A stretch of 38,349 bases of DNA from a virus (lineage: Duplodnaviria; Caudoviricetes), in IMG/VR virus record IMGVR_UViG_3300022670_000151, positions 1 through 38,349 of that record. One strand, 5' to 3'. The number at the start of each line of letters is the position of its first letter. Within the stretch, counting starts at the first letter, position 1. Shown here piece by piece: positions 1 to 8,705 of this stretch. The translations under genes were made by a program, and so were the position numbers. The notes under the pieces were generated by a model. It saw nothing but the letters and a program-made list of their open reading frames with translations. It made no database searches and had not been told where the DNA came from.

Positions 1-207
1 GAATGGATTGTCGGCAAAGTGGACACATCCCATTTTGAAAATGTTCAAGCGCAAGAGACACGTATTCTTGAAACTGTCAACGAAGCCGAACGCGCTCAAC
101 GGGCAAAAGAAATCAAAGAAACTATGTTCGCCCATGTTGGCCCTAAAACATTGCAAATCACTCAAGATGGTTCTGTCGAACCAGACGGGGACGAAACAGA
201 CGAATAA
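1..207 (+). CDS. C-terminal part of a conserved phage protein whose N-terminus is at 38159-38349
   Basis: Frame 1 is open from base 1 (EWIVGKVDTSHFENVQAQE...) to TAA at 207. Confidence 0.7.
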   Translation, partial: EWIVGKVDTSHFENVQAQETRILETVNEAERAQRAKEIKETMFAHVGPKTLQITQDGSVEPDGDETDE

Positions 208-226
208 TTTCTTTCAATTAAATAAA

Positions 227-390
227 TACCCTCGACCTTTCACTACCACCAGAGGAGGGGTAAAATAGTAAGACACAATAGCTCGCATTCGCTCTCTATT
301 GTGGTGAAGCACTTCTAGTGATTCACAAGAAGCCTAATCGAAGATGGGCCAAGGTGGTTAAAAGTATAAGGCGCATCTTTGTAAATGGCT
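227..390 (+). ncRNA. Candidate structured RNA (3-4 consecutive hairpins)
   Basis: Stems CACAATAG 274-281/CTATTGTG 296-303; GTGAA-g-CACT 304-313/AGTG-a-TTCAC 317-326; AAGATGGGCC 341-350/GGCGCATCTT 370-379 closed by AGCC 331-334/GGCT 387-390. Confidence 0.4.
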
Positions 391-402
391 GGAGGAATTT
401 AA

Positions 403-540
403 ATGGCTAGTTGTCCGAAATGTGGCGCAGTCACGATACGAAAAAAACATATTACTATTGGAAAAGGTGTGTCCAAAAGAAAAGGCATCGTCAGTTGTCG
501 AAGATGCGGAATAATCCGTGACAACACAAACAAAGATTAA
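403..540 (+). CDS. Small basic zinc-ribbon protein (45 aa, not in ORF track)
   Basis: GGAGG RBS at 391-395; MASCPKCG...SCRRCGIIRDNTNKD has two CxxC motifs. Confidence 0.7.
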   Translation: MASCPKCGAVTIRKKHITIGKGVSKRKGIVSCRRCGIIRDNTNKD

Positions 541-549
541 GGAATTAAA

Positions 550-975
550 ATGAATATTTTTACAAGCAACGCCAAACTTAAGGAAGAAGCTACTCGGTTG
601 TTGAAAGAAAATGAACGCGTTAAAATAAAGTCCAAGTTGATGGATGAAAACGCCACGTTAAAGCAGGAAATCCACGACACCAAGCTGGAACTTGAAACCC
701 TTAAAAACAAAAAGAAGATGGCCGACGAAGACATCAAGCACATGGTCAAAATTGATCGTGAGCGTAAGGACCTCGAAGTCGAAAAAGAAACCGTCAAGCT
801 TCAAGGTGAATCCGCAGCAGCCATCGCAAAGGTCAAGGACGAATACCGCGACAAGATGGAAAGCAGCCTTAACAAGCAAGTTGATAAAATGGATGGTATG
901 TATAAAGAACTGCTCGGTCGCCTTCCTAGTATCACTGCCCACATTGGCGACCCTTTGTCTAAAAAGGACGACTAA
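550..975 (+). CDS. Coiled-coil hypothetical protein
   Basis: AAGGA RBS; K/E-rich heptad pattern; TAATG-coupled to next gene. Confidence 0.8.
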   Translation: MNIFTSNAKLKEEATRLLKENERVKIKSKLMDENATLKQEIHDTKLELETLKNKKKMADEDIKHMVKIDRERKDLEVEKETVKLQGESAAAIAKVKDEYRDKMESSLNKQVDKMDGMYKELLGRLPSITAHIGDPLSKKDD

Positions 976-1280
976 TGGCTAGCCCTTTGAGCCCTCTTGA
1001 CCTAATGGTGCAAAATCATGAACGTAATTTAGACAGAGTGTCTAGAGAAATGATGTTGCATACTCCGTCGATGTTGCAGCAACAATCGGCGTTAGGTCAG
1101 GCTCAAAGTGGAATAGGGTTATCTAGCTTCGGATCGGGATTAGCGGCAGAGCCAGACCCGTTTCGTGAATCACAACGGGATCGTAGTGAAACGATTATGT
1201 TTAGAAACCCAGAACCATTGACCATTAGAATGGAACTACAAAAAGACACCGACGAATGGCTCGAAGACGTCGAACTTTAA
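975..1280 (+). CDS. Hypothetical protein
   Basis: Start overlaps upstream stop (TAATG); operon context. Confidence 0.7.
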   Translation: MASPLSPLDLMVQNHERNLDRVSREMMLHTPSMLQQQSALGQAQSGIGLSSFGSGLAAEPDPFRESQRDRSETIMFRNPEPLTIRMELQKDTDEWLEDVEL

Positions 1281-1309
1281 AAAGCATTAGATCATTGGAA
1301 GGATTTAAA

Positions 1310-1609
1310 ATGTCAAGCAAAGCAGGAAATAAATCATTTGATACCGAGAAAGAATTTACTTTCGAATGGTTATCAATTGAATGGAAATGTAAGGCTTCAT
1401 ATACAATTGAAGAAATCGAAATCGGGCAAGGCTCTAATCGTTTTAAAGACGTTTACGACGTCGCAGAGTTGGAAATTCTAAGTCCAGACGGGTACGATGT
1501 ATCAAATTCTATCACTAATCTTTACGCCGTTTCACTGGCGACAGGTGCTAAAGTTTCTATGCTGGCGGTGTTCTTGGCTGAGGCCGAACGCCTAGCCCCG
1601 GAGCTTTAA
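1310..1609 (+). CDS. Hypothetical protein
   Basis: ATG at 1310 follows GGAAGGA RBS (preferred over track start 1256). Confidence 0.7.
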   Translation: MSSKAGNKSFDTEKEFTFEWLSIEWKCKASYTIEEIEIGQGSNRFKDVYDVAELEILSPDGYDVSNSITNLYAVSLATGAKVSMLAVFLAEAERLAPEL

Positions 1610-1611
1610 CA

Positions 1612-1725
1612 ATGAAACCTTATAATCATAGAACAGGCGGTCACAAGCGGGGCCCTGACTTTTGGGTCATCGTCTTGGTGGGTGTCTGCATTTTAATAAT
1701 GTCTTATTTTGAGGTGATAACATGA
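1612..1725 (+). CDS. Small single-TM peptide (37 aa, not in ORF track)
   Basis: Hydrophobic FWVIVLVGVCILIMSYF; fills the gap; ATGA overlap with 1722. Confidence 0.55.
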   Translation: MKPYNHRTGGHKRGPDFWVIVLVGVCILIMSYFEVIT

Positions 1726-1982
1726 GCATGATTGACCAAGCGGCAAAAGCTATATGCAAAGATATTTATCGTGGAGATTTTGATAAATTATCGGATGGTG
1801 AACCCTTAAAAGAAGTTTGTCGAGACATGGCTAGATCGGCCCTTAGCGCAATTCCTTTTGACGCAGCAGGCTACATAAAAAATCTTGAGGAGTTTATTGA
1901 AAGCATTGGCGACGCTTCAGGTCCGTACCCAGCATTGGACGGGATGCAAATTGTCGCAGATAGTAGAAAGGTTTTAAAATGA
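1722..1982 (+). CDS. Hypothetical protein
   Basis: GAGGTG RBS; ATGA overlaps at both ends. Confidence 0.75.
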   Translation: MSMIDQAAKAICKDIYRGDFDKLSDGEPLKEVCRDMARSALSAIPFDAAGYIKNLEEFIESIGDASGPYPALDGMQIVADSRKVLK

Positions 1983-2203
1983 GTAACGATAAATTTATCC
2001 ACAAAGCGGAGACAGACCACGGGACCATTCTCCATTCAAAGCAAGTCGCCGTCATTGTTACGGAAGACGGTTTTCAATTTTTAATTCCTGATAGTGACGA
2101 AGTGGAAATAAGCGAGGCAGCGCAGGCTTTGGTCGCGGCGGCTATGAAAATTGAAGAAGACGAAGATTTTAAAGCTGAAATGATGGAGGTTTATGATGGA
2201 TAA
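1979..2203 (+). CDS. Acidic hypothetical protein
   Basis: ATGA-coupled; D/E-rich. Confidence 0.7.
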   Translation: MSNDKFIHKAETDHGTILHSKQVAVIVTEDGFQFLIPDSDEVEISEAAQALVAAAMKIEEDEDFKAEMMEVYDG

Positions 2204-3143
2204 AATATCAAAAGACGGCATCTATGACATGACAATCGAAGATTACCACAGCGACTGCTGCGAAGGTCCTAGCGTGTCGGCTTCTAGCCTTAAACAAATT
2301 CTTGATTGTCCTGCTAAATATTGGGCCACAAGTTATCTTAACCCTGACCGTATCGAGGTGGAGACAAGTTCCGCCCTTAACTATGGGAAGATTGCCCACG
2401 CCTTGATGCTTGAAGGGAAGGAACCCGAAGACGAGTATCATATGTTACCGAAAGGGTTTAACCCCCGTAACAGCGTCTTAAACAAGTCCAAAGATGAAAT
2501 GACCGCAGCCAAAATTAACCTAGCCGCAGCGGAAAAAGCGGGGAAGATAATTGTCAAAGGTGGTGAGATTGACTTCGAAGAAATTCGGGGAATGCAGCAG
2601 GCCATGAAAGACCACCCTTATGCTTGGGCCTATTTCGAGGGCGGTGAACCTGAAAAGTCCCTTATTTGGAAGTGTCCACTAACCGGCGTCTGGTTGAAGA
2701 CAAGACCTGATTATCTGCCGGGGATAGGACGGGTTATTCCTGACTATAAAACCGCAGCCAGTGCCCATCCAAACGATTTCCAGCGTGATATTGCTAAATT
2801 TAAATATCACCAACAAGCGGCCCTAGTGTGCGACGGAATTCAAGCTGTCACCGATAAACCCTTCGAGCGTTTCGCATTCGTGGCACAGGAAAAGAAAGCC
2901 CCGTTTGTCATTCAAAGTTTCGACTTAGCAAAAGTTGCACTAGACACTGGGCGATTGATGAATATGCAGGCCCTTCTTCTTTTCAAACGATGCTGGGAAA
3001 ACGAATACTGGCCCGGCTATGATTGGAGAGACCCTGAACACGCGATTGAATTAGACCTTCCTAAGTGGACCTGCATTCAATTTGAAGATGCCGTCGAAAA
3101 CGGCGAATACGACGAAGCAACAGAAAGATTATTCAATGTCTAA
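2193..3143 (+). CDS. recE: RecE/exonuclease VIII-like PD-(D/E)XK exonuclease (DUF3799 type)
   Basis: YH...VSASSLK, G..AHAL.LE, E.S..W, KTRPD, DYKT, YHQQAA, F.FVAQEK motifs; adjacent to recT-like gene. Confidence 0.85.
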   Translation: MMDKISKDGIYDMTIEDYHSDCCEGPSVSASSLKQILDCPAKYWATSYLNPDRIEVETSSALNYGKIAHALMLEGKEPEDEYHMLPKGFNPRNSVLNKSKDEMTAAKINLAAAEKAGKIIVKGGEIDFEEIRGMQQAMKDHPYAWAYFEGGEPEKSLIWKCPLTGVWLKTRPDYLPGIGRVIPDYKTAASAHPNDFQRDIAKFKYHQQAALVCDGIQAVTDKPFERFAFVAQEKKAPFVIQSFDLAKVALDTGRLMNMQALLLFKRCWENEYWPGYDWRDPEHAIELDLPKWTCIQFEDAVENGEYDEATERLFNV

Positions 3144-4140
3144 AGATACAAAAAAACCCGAAAAGAAAAACCAAGTTGTCGCCCTTAAGACTGGCGGGTC
3201 TGCAATGGCCATCATTCCCCAAGACGTTGACGAGGTTTGGCGTTTTGCTATCATGATTAAACAAGCAGGGATGGCCCCAAAGTCTCTTGATAGCCCCGAA
3301 AAAATAACAATCGCTATCATGACTGGCCTAGAAGTCGGCCTTAAACCCCTTCAGGCGGTCCAAGGAATAGCCGTGATTAATGGAAACCCTTCCATATGGG
3401 GTGACGCCGCTATCGGTCTTGTAATGGGGTCTGGGCTGGTTGAAGACATTAAAGAATTTATAGAATGTGAAGGCGATCTAATGACAGCCAAATGTGTCAT
3501 TAAAAGAAAAGGCATTGAATCACCTGTCACTGGTAGCTTTTCCGTTGGCGACGCTAAATGTGCGAGGCTTTGGGGCAAGGCAGGACCGTGGACACAATAC
3601 CCGAAAAGAATGCTTCAAATGCGCGCCCGTGGTTTTGCCCTTCGTGATAGCTTCCCCGATATTCTAAAAGGATTGAAAATTCAAGAGGAGGTTCTTGATT
3701 ATGAACCCCGCAGGCCTCGGAACAACCAAAGCGAAGGCACCTCTGCCAAAGCAATTATTGACCAGTCTAAAGGCATTGTCACAGAAGAAAAAAAAGACGA
3801 TGTCGAAGACGCCGAAATCGAAGAACTACCCGCTGAAACCCCGACTTCCAACTCTGAGGGTGAAGCGGTCAAGGTGGAGCCAGAAGACCCCATGCCCCCG
3901 GTAGACGCTGGCTCCACCACTTCGGAAGAAACGGTCGAACCTTTTCAATTAATACGCGACGACGACAAACGGATGGCCCCTGACCAAATTATCACCGTGA
4001 TTGATATGTTAAAAAGTTCCGAAGACGTCAGGCACTTGGTACACCGTCACAGTTTGTTCATCGCCGAATATTCCACAAGTGAGCAAAAAGTTGTGTTCGC
4101 TTGCCGGGATAATAAAATTAAGGAGTTATCCGATGGGTAA
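3136..4140 (+). CDS. recT: RecT-like single-strand annealing recombinase
   Basis: G.E.GL.P.QA.QGIAVING.PS.WGD and W.QYP.RMLQMRARGFALRD.FPD.L.G motifs; acidic C-terminal linker; start at 3136. Confidence 0.85.
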   Translation: MSKDTKKPEKKNQVVALKTGGSAMAIIPQDVDEVWRFAIMIKQAGMAPKSLDSPEKITIAIMTGLEVGLKPLQAVQGIAVINGNPSIWGDAAIGLVMGSGLVEDIKEFIECEGDLMTAKCVIKRKGIESPVTGSFSVGDAKCARLWGKAGPWTQYPKRMLQMRARGFALRDSFPDILKGLKIQEEVLDYEPRRPRNNQSEGTSAKAIIDQSKGIVTEEKKDDVEDAEIEELPAETPTSNSEGEAVKVEPEDPMPPVDAGSTTSEETVEPFQLIRDDDKRMAPDQIITVIDMLKSSEDVRHLVHRHSLFIAEYSTSEQKVVFACRDNKIKELSDG

Positions 4141-4432
4141 GGATTTAAGTTTCCTTGTTTGGAACGTTCCTGCCAATAAAAGGCAAACGGTTGAATGCCT
4201 AAGATGTGGAATGTCTTTCCCGATTTTAGATGTTCCACAAAACAACTTAATTTCGACTGTTTGCGCCGAGGAAAACTGCACAAGGTCTTTTTCCGATAGG
4301 TCACGGGCGGAAGGATTTGAAGCCAAAGTTTATCAAACTCGAATGAATGTTTCAAATACAGTTTGTGCCGCTAAGTATCGCCGGGAACATGGGTTAAAAG
4401 TTGATAACGGCGGGTGTCAGGATTTTGTGTGA
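4133..4432 (+). CDS. Cys-rich putative zinc-binding protein
   Basis: AAGGAG RBS; CLRC and CAEENC motifs. Confidence 0.6.
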   Translation: MGKDLSFLVWNVPANKRQTVECLRCGMSFPILDVPQNNLISTVCAEENCTRSFSDRSRAEGFEAKVYQTRMNVSNTVCAAKYRREHGLKVDNGGCQDFV

Positions 4433-4710
4433 TGTCTAAAAAAGCAAATGAAAAAGAAAGGAGTTTTCACAAAACAATTATGGACCAAGGCTGTTGCGTA
4501 TGTGGTGCACAAGCTGTTTTCCATCATGTTAATAGACCGATGCCACACCAACGCCGCGATCACACATGGGGTGCAGCACTTTGTCACCTTCACCATTCTA
4601 AGTTTCACGACAAGTTCGGAAATAATGACGAATTTTATAAAGCTTATGGCATCCAGTTAGAAGAGGAAGCTGGACACAACAAAAAGGAATATTGGGATGC
4701 TAACGCCTAG
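4432..4710 (+). CDS. HNH-like zinc-finger nuclease (Ref/DUF968-like)
   Basis: CCVCG...HH...RRDH...LCHLHH...H motifs. Confidence 0.7.
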   Translation: MSKKANEKERSFHKTIMDQGCCVCGAQAVFHHVNRPMPHQRRDHTWGAALCHLHHSKFHDKFGNNDEFYKAYGIQLEEEAGHNKKEYWDANA

Positions 4711-5071
4711 ACAAAGCGACTTATTAAAATATATCGCTAGATACCAAGGCGAAAATGACGGGGTGTCGCCGTCCTTTGAACAAATGATGACCGAACTTAG
4801 CCTTCATTCTAAATCGGGTGTGCACAGGCTAATTAGCGGACTTGAGGAGCGTGGATATATTAGAAGGCTACATAACCGGGCTCGGGCAATTGCGATAATT
4901 ATAGACCCAGACGGGAATCCTCAAAACCAAACAACGGAGGACTTCTTAAGGGACGAAAATTTAGATCTAAAAAAACGCAATAAAGTTTTAGAAAAACGGG
5001 ACGACACTAATCAAACTTACATAATCAATCTTAGGAACCAATTGAACGAATTTAAGAGAAACTCCTATTAA
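4697..5071 (+). CDS. LexA DNA-binding-domain protein lacking the S24 peptidase domain
   Basis: MLT.RQ..LL.YI...PSF..M...[27 protein letters not shown] matches alphaproteobacterial LexA N-terminus; C-terminus is coiled-coil-like. Confidence 0.85.
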   Translation: MLTPRQSDLLKYIARYQGENDGVSPSFEQMMTELSLHSKSGVHRLISGLEERGYIRRLHNRARAIAIIIDPDGNPQNQTTEDFLRDENLDLKKRNKVLEKRDDTNQTYIINLRNQLNEFKRNSY

Positions 5072-5088
5072 CCACGGAAGGACGAACA

Positions 5089-7116
5089 ATGTTAGACAAA
5101 CTAGAAAACGACAAAGTATTCACCGATTTAAAAGAAGCGGTATCGTTTCAATTTGAGGTCATGCTTGAACACACGGTCTTTGTATCGAAAGCAGATAAAA
5201 ACGAACTTTGGGACACTTATTTAAATTCCTTCCCTGAAGGTTCGAACCCTATCTTTCGGGAGCGCACCCAACACGATTGCAATTGTTGTAAGCAGTTTAT
5301 TCGCACAGCAGGAAACGCCTTGGCCTTTATTGACGGCGAACTTGTTTCTATTTGGGATATTGAAATCGGGGGTCATTATCAAGTGGTTGCAGACGCTATG
5401 TCCAAACTGGTTAAGTCAAAAGGAATTCAAAGTATTTTCCTTCATGACTCCGTCGATGTTGGCACAGACAAAACGCACGAGAATAGTGACGAAGGCGACG
5501 TCATAACTTGGCATCACTTCCACCATGAACTTGATAATCACTTCGTTGTAGAACGCAGCACCATGCCTGCACTTAAGGGCGCGGTGAACACGAACAGTCA
5601 GGTTCTGGCCAGAAGCTTGGAAGAAATTAGTCAAGACGCCATCGAGGTGGTGATTGAACTTATTGAACAAAACTCTTTGTATCGCGGCGAGGAACATTTG
5701 GGCATTTTAAAAATGTTGTCCGGGCTTAAGGCTGAATATGAAGAAGCCCCTAACAAGGTTATTTTTACCATGCTTCATGCCATCGCACTAAAAGGTTCCA
5801 GTGCTATCAGAAATACGGTTATAGGGACGCTCCTTGTTGATTTGAGTAACGGTGTTGATCTTGAAGATGCCGTTCGAATGTTCGAGAGCAAAGTGGCCCC
5901 GCAAAACTACAAACGCCCAACCGCTTTAATCACAAAAAAGATGATTGATAGGGCAAACGAAACCATTAAAGACTTGGGACTTGAAGACGCGCTTTATCGT
6001 CGCTTCGCAGTGAAAAGTGATATCGCTATCAACGATATTCTGTTCGCTGACCGTAGCGTCAAGGAAGCTGCCGGGGTTCTTGATATCATTGAAAACGAAG
6101 CCGTCACCAAAAAGCCTAAATTGGATAAGGTTGAAAAGGTGACTATTAGCGAGTTTATCGAAAACATTGTTCCTAAAGCGGATTCAATCGAACTGTATTT
6201 AGAAAACAAACACGTTAATAATTTGGTCAGCCTTATTGCCCCGAAACATGAAGGAACGAAAGCCCTTCTCAAATGGGACAATGACTTTTCATGGTCTTAT
6301 AACGGCGAGGTGACTGACAGTATCAAAGAACGGGTTAAATCGGCAGGCGGGAACGTCACGGGCGACCTTCGCTGTTCTTTGGCTTGGTCTAATGGGGATG
6401 ATTTAGACATTCATATTATTGAGCCTTCTAGTTTCGAAATTTCTTTCTCACGCAATCGAAACCCCGTAACTTTAGGGGTGTTAGATGTCGACATGAACGC
6501 TGGCGGTGCTGATAACAAAATTAATCCAGTGGAAAATATAACATGGGCTGACAAAGGACGAATGGAAGAAGGGGATTATCGTCTTTTTGTCCATAATTAC
6601 CACAAACGTTCAAACGAAAACTTAGGGTTTGTTGTAGAGGTCGAGTTTGGTGGAGCAATTCACACGTTTAACCACCCTAACGCCATCGCTAATAATAAAA
6701 ACGTCGAAGTCGCGACTTTCAACTATACCCACGCCGAAGGCTTGAAGATTATTAAATCTATTCCTTCAACAACACAAACTAAGGAAATTTGGGGAATTAA
6801 CACAAATAATTTCCATACGGTTTCCATGTTAATGCATTCACCGAATAGGTGGAATGGTTCTAAATCAGGAAATAAACACTTCTTTTTTATGGTTGATAAT
6901 TGCGTCAATCCAGACAAAGCGAGGGGCCTTTATAATGAATTCCTGAAACAAGACCTAGACGAACATAGAAAGGTGTTCGAAATTCTAGGGGCTAAATTAA
7001 AAACCGAAAAATCAATTGACCAGCTGTCTGGTGTTGGCTTTTCATCGACCAAAAAAGATAGTGTGCTCTGCAGGGTGCAGGGTGCATTTAACCGAGTAAT
7101 TGAAATTCAATTTTAG
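5089..7116 (+). CDS. Large conserved phage protein: N-terminal HDCNCC motif, C-terminal YfaP/DUF2135-like domain
   Basis: 675 aa; LRCSLAW...DDLDIH..EP, LDVDMNAG, PVENI.W, G.Y..FVHNY motifs. Confidence 0.7.
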   Translation: MLDKLENDKVFTDLKEAVSFQFEVMLEHTVFVSKADKNELWDTYLNSFPEGSNPIFRERTQHDCNCCKQFIRTAGNALAFIDGELVSIWDIEIGGHYQVVADAMSKLVKSKGIQSIFLHDSVDVGTDKTHENSDEGDVITWHHFHHELDNHFVVERSTMPALKGAVNTNSQVLARSLEEISQDAIEVVIELIEQNSLYRGEEHLGILKMLSGLKAEYEEAPNKVIFTMLHAIALKGSSAIRNTVIGTLLVDLSNGVDLEDAVRMFESKVAPQNYKRPTALITKKMIDRANETIKDLGLEDALYRRFAVKSDIAINDILFADRSVKEAAGVLDIIENEAVTKKPKLDKVEKVTISEFIENIVPKADSIELYLENKHVNNLVSLIAPKHEGTKALLKWDNDFSWSYNGEVTDSIKERVKSAGGNVTGDLRCSLAWSNGDDLDIHIIEPSSFEISFSRNRNPVTLGVLDVDMNAGGADNKINPVENITWADKGRMEEGDYRLFVHNYHKRSNENLGFVVEVEFGGAIHTFNHPNAIANNKNVEVATFNYTHAEGLKIIKSIPSTTQTKEIWGINTNNFHTVSMLMHSPNRWNGSKSGNKHFFFMVDNCVNPDKARGLYNEFLKQDLDEHRKVFEILGAKLKTEKSIDQLSGVGFSSTKKDSVLCRVQGAFNRVIEIQF

Positions 7117-7125
7117 GAGAATACA

Positions 7126-7509
7126 ATGTTTAAGAAGGCATCAAAATTAAATCTACGGTTTGACACTTCAAAGGGACTAATCACTGTCGAGGACCTTTGG
7201 AACCTACCTTTAACCAGCAAGTCTAAAACCTCGTTAGACAGCTTGGCCATCGCGGTTCATAACGAACTTAAAGCGTCAGGCGAAACAAGCTTCGTTGACG
7301 CCAAGCCTGCCGGCAACGCTTTATTAGAATTGAAACTAGATATTCTAAAAGAAGTTATCTCTGATCGTAAGGCCGAAAACGAAGCCAAGATAAACTCCGA
7401 AAGCAAAAAAGCCCGGAATGACCGTATTAAAGAAATAATCGCTGACAAACAGGACGAAGGCTTGAAAGGTAAGTCATCCGAAGAACTTCAAAAAATGCTT
7501 GAAGAATAA
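7126..7509 (+). CDS. Conserved phage protein (LRF...G.ITVEDLWNLPL family)
   Basis: AGGAG RBS; coiled-coil C-terminus; directly downstream of the 675-aa gene. Confidence 0.8.
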   Translation: MFKKASKLNLRFDTSKGLITVEDLWNLPLTSKSKTSLDSLAIAVHNELKASGETSFVDAKPAGNALLELKLDILKEVISDRKAENEAKINSESKKARNDRIKEIIADKQDEGLKGKSSEELQKMLEE

Positions 7510-7518
7510 TAACCTGTA

Positions 7519-7551
7519 GGGGCTTCGGCCCCCACTTAACCGCCTTCGGGC
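7519..7551 (+). terminator. Tandem UUCG hairpins (terminator or RNA processing/stability site)
   Basis: GGGGC-TTCG-GCCCC 7519-7532 and GCC-TTCG-GGC 7542-7551; no strong U-tract. Confidence 0.55.
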
Positions 7552-7573
7552 AAAACTAATAAGGACTAAGACG

Positions 7574-7966
7574 ATGAAAATCAACCCGTTTGTAGCAGCA
7601 ATAATGGCAGTCTTTCTTGTAATCCTAGCGATGATGTGGGGCCTTCCCATTTATGGCGTATGGCAACAAGAATTAAGTGGACGTGCCCAATTAGCCAAAG
7701 CTGAACAGAATAGACAGATTACTATTCAAGAGGCCAAAGCATTAAACGAAAGCGCGCAATATCTCGCTGAAGCCGAAGTCGCTCGGGCGAGAGGTGTTGC
7801 GGAAGCTAATGAAATCGTAGCGCAGGGCCTTGGTGGTCCAGAAGGCTACCTAAGATATTTATTTATTGAAGGTTTGAAACAGGCGAAGGCCAACGGGGAT
7901 ACAGTTATTTATATTCCTACTGAGGCGGGTTTGCCAATCCTTGAGGCTAATCGACTTAAGAAATAG
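7574..7966 (+). CDS. Membrane-anchored SPFH/Band-7-like coiled-coil protein (truncated type)
   Basis: N-terminal TM; AEAEVARARGVAEAN..., YLRYL.I, VIYIPTEAGLPILEA. Confidence 0.7.
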   Translation: MKINPFVAAIMAVFLVILAMMWGLPIYGVWQQELSGRAQLAKAEQNRQITIQEAKALNESAQYLAEAEVARARGVAEANEIVAQGLGGPEGYLRYLFIEGLKQAKANGDTVIYIPTEAGLPILEANRLKK

Positions 7967-7973
7967 TTTTCCT

Positions 7974-7997
7974 TAGCCACCCTTTCGGGGGTGGTTA
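7974..7997 (+). terminator. Stem-loop after SPFH-like gene
   Basis: TAGCCACCC-tTTCGg-GGGTGGTTA. Confidence 0.5.
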
Positions 7998-8032
7998 GAG
8001 TGAACTATCAACCCAAAAATAAGGAGGCTAAT

Positions 8033-8263
8033 ATGGATATTACAGCAATAGTTAAAAAACTTGTGGGTCCTATTGATCCAGTTGGTGAGACAAGAGAAGA
8101 CGAGCGAAGATATGAAAATATTCAAGTTATGACAAAAACTATTGATGAATTATTGACTGAGCTTAAATGGATTGGAAAGCTTAATAAGGACCGTCAAGAG
8201 TTCAGTATGAAAAGGGCAGGCAATCACGCGCAAGATTTTCTAAATGCAATCGAACCAGATTAA
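8033..8263 (+). CDS. Conserved phage hypothetical protein
   Basis: AAGGAGG RBS before ATG 8033; KLVGPIDPVGET..D..R.EN motif. Confidence 0.75.
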   Translation: MDITAIVKKLVGPIDPVGETREDERRYENIQVMTKTIDELLTELKWIGKLNKDRQEFSMKRAGNHAQDFLNAIEPD

Positions 8264-8306
8264 TATTTAAACGCCAATATCGGCAGACCAAAGAGAAGGA
8301 ACTAAA

Positions 8307-8663
8307 ATGTCTAACCCAGACCCTATTGATATCGCAGTCGGAAAACAATTGCGCCGTATTAGACGAATGAAAGACTTGTCACTAAATGAAGTGGGAGACG
8401 CTGTCGGCTTATCCTACCAACAAGTTCAAAAGTACGAACGCGGTGCTAATCGTATCTCAGCCAGTAAGCTGGTTCAGTTAGGCCGCTTTTTCAATGTTAA
8501 CGTTCAAGAATTTTTTGAACACGTTGACCAACCAGAAGAAGGCAAAACTGTGATGGATGATAACTCCATTAAAGCAGCCGCCCTATTCGCTAAAATGCCC
8601 GTGGAATATCAAATGCCTTTACGAGTATTTATGAAGGCCGTCGTCGATATCGCAGGCAAATAA
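8307..8663 (+). CDS. XRE-family HTH regulator (alphaproteobacterial PraR/PhrR-like)
   Basis: PDPID..VG..LR..R...LS...VG..VGLSYQQVQKYERGANRISASKL. Confidence 0.88.
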   Translation: MSNPDPIDIAVGKQLRRIRRMKDLSLNEVGDAVGLSYQQVQKYERGANRISASKLVQLGRFFNVNVQEFFEHVDQPEEGKTVMDDNSIKAAALFAKMPVEYQMPLRVFMKAVVDIAGK

Positions 8664-8705
8664 TTAAAAATTGCCTATTATCAATTTGATAACGGAGAAA
8701 AGAAT

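Noticed and set aside
8-268. 86-aa frame-2 ORF that would result from directly joining the window ends
   Set aside because: Frame 1 carries the plausible family sequence; frame 2 looks non-coding
270-390. tRNA gene
   Set aside because: No cloverleaf, no correctly placed TTCG T-loop and no CCA end; kept only as a generic structured RNA candidate
4697-5071. CI-like lysogeny repressor
   Set aside because: No S24 peptidase domain, and it lies mid-operon rather than at the divergent control region
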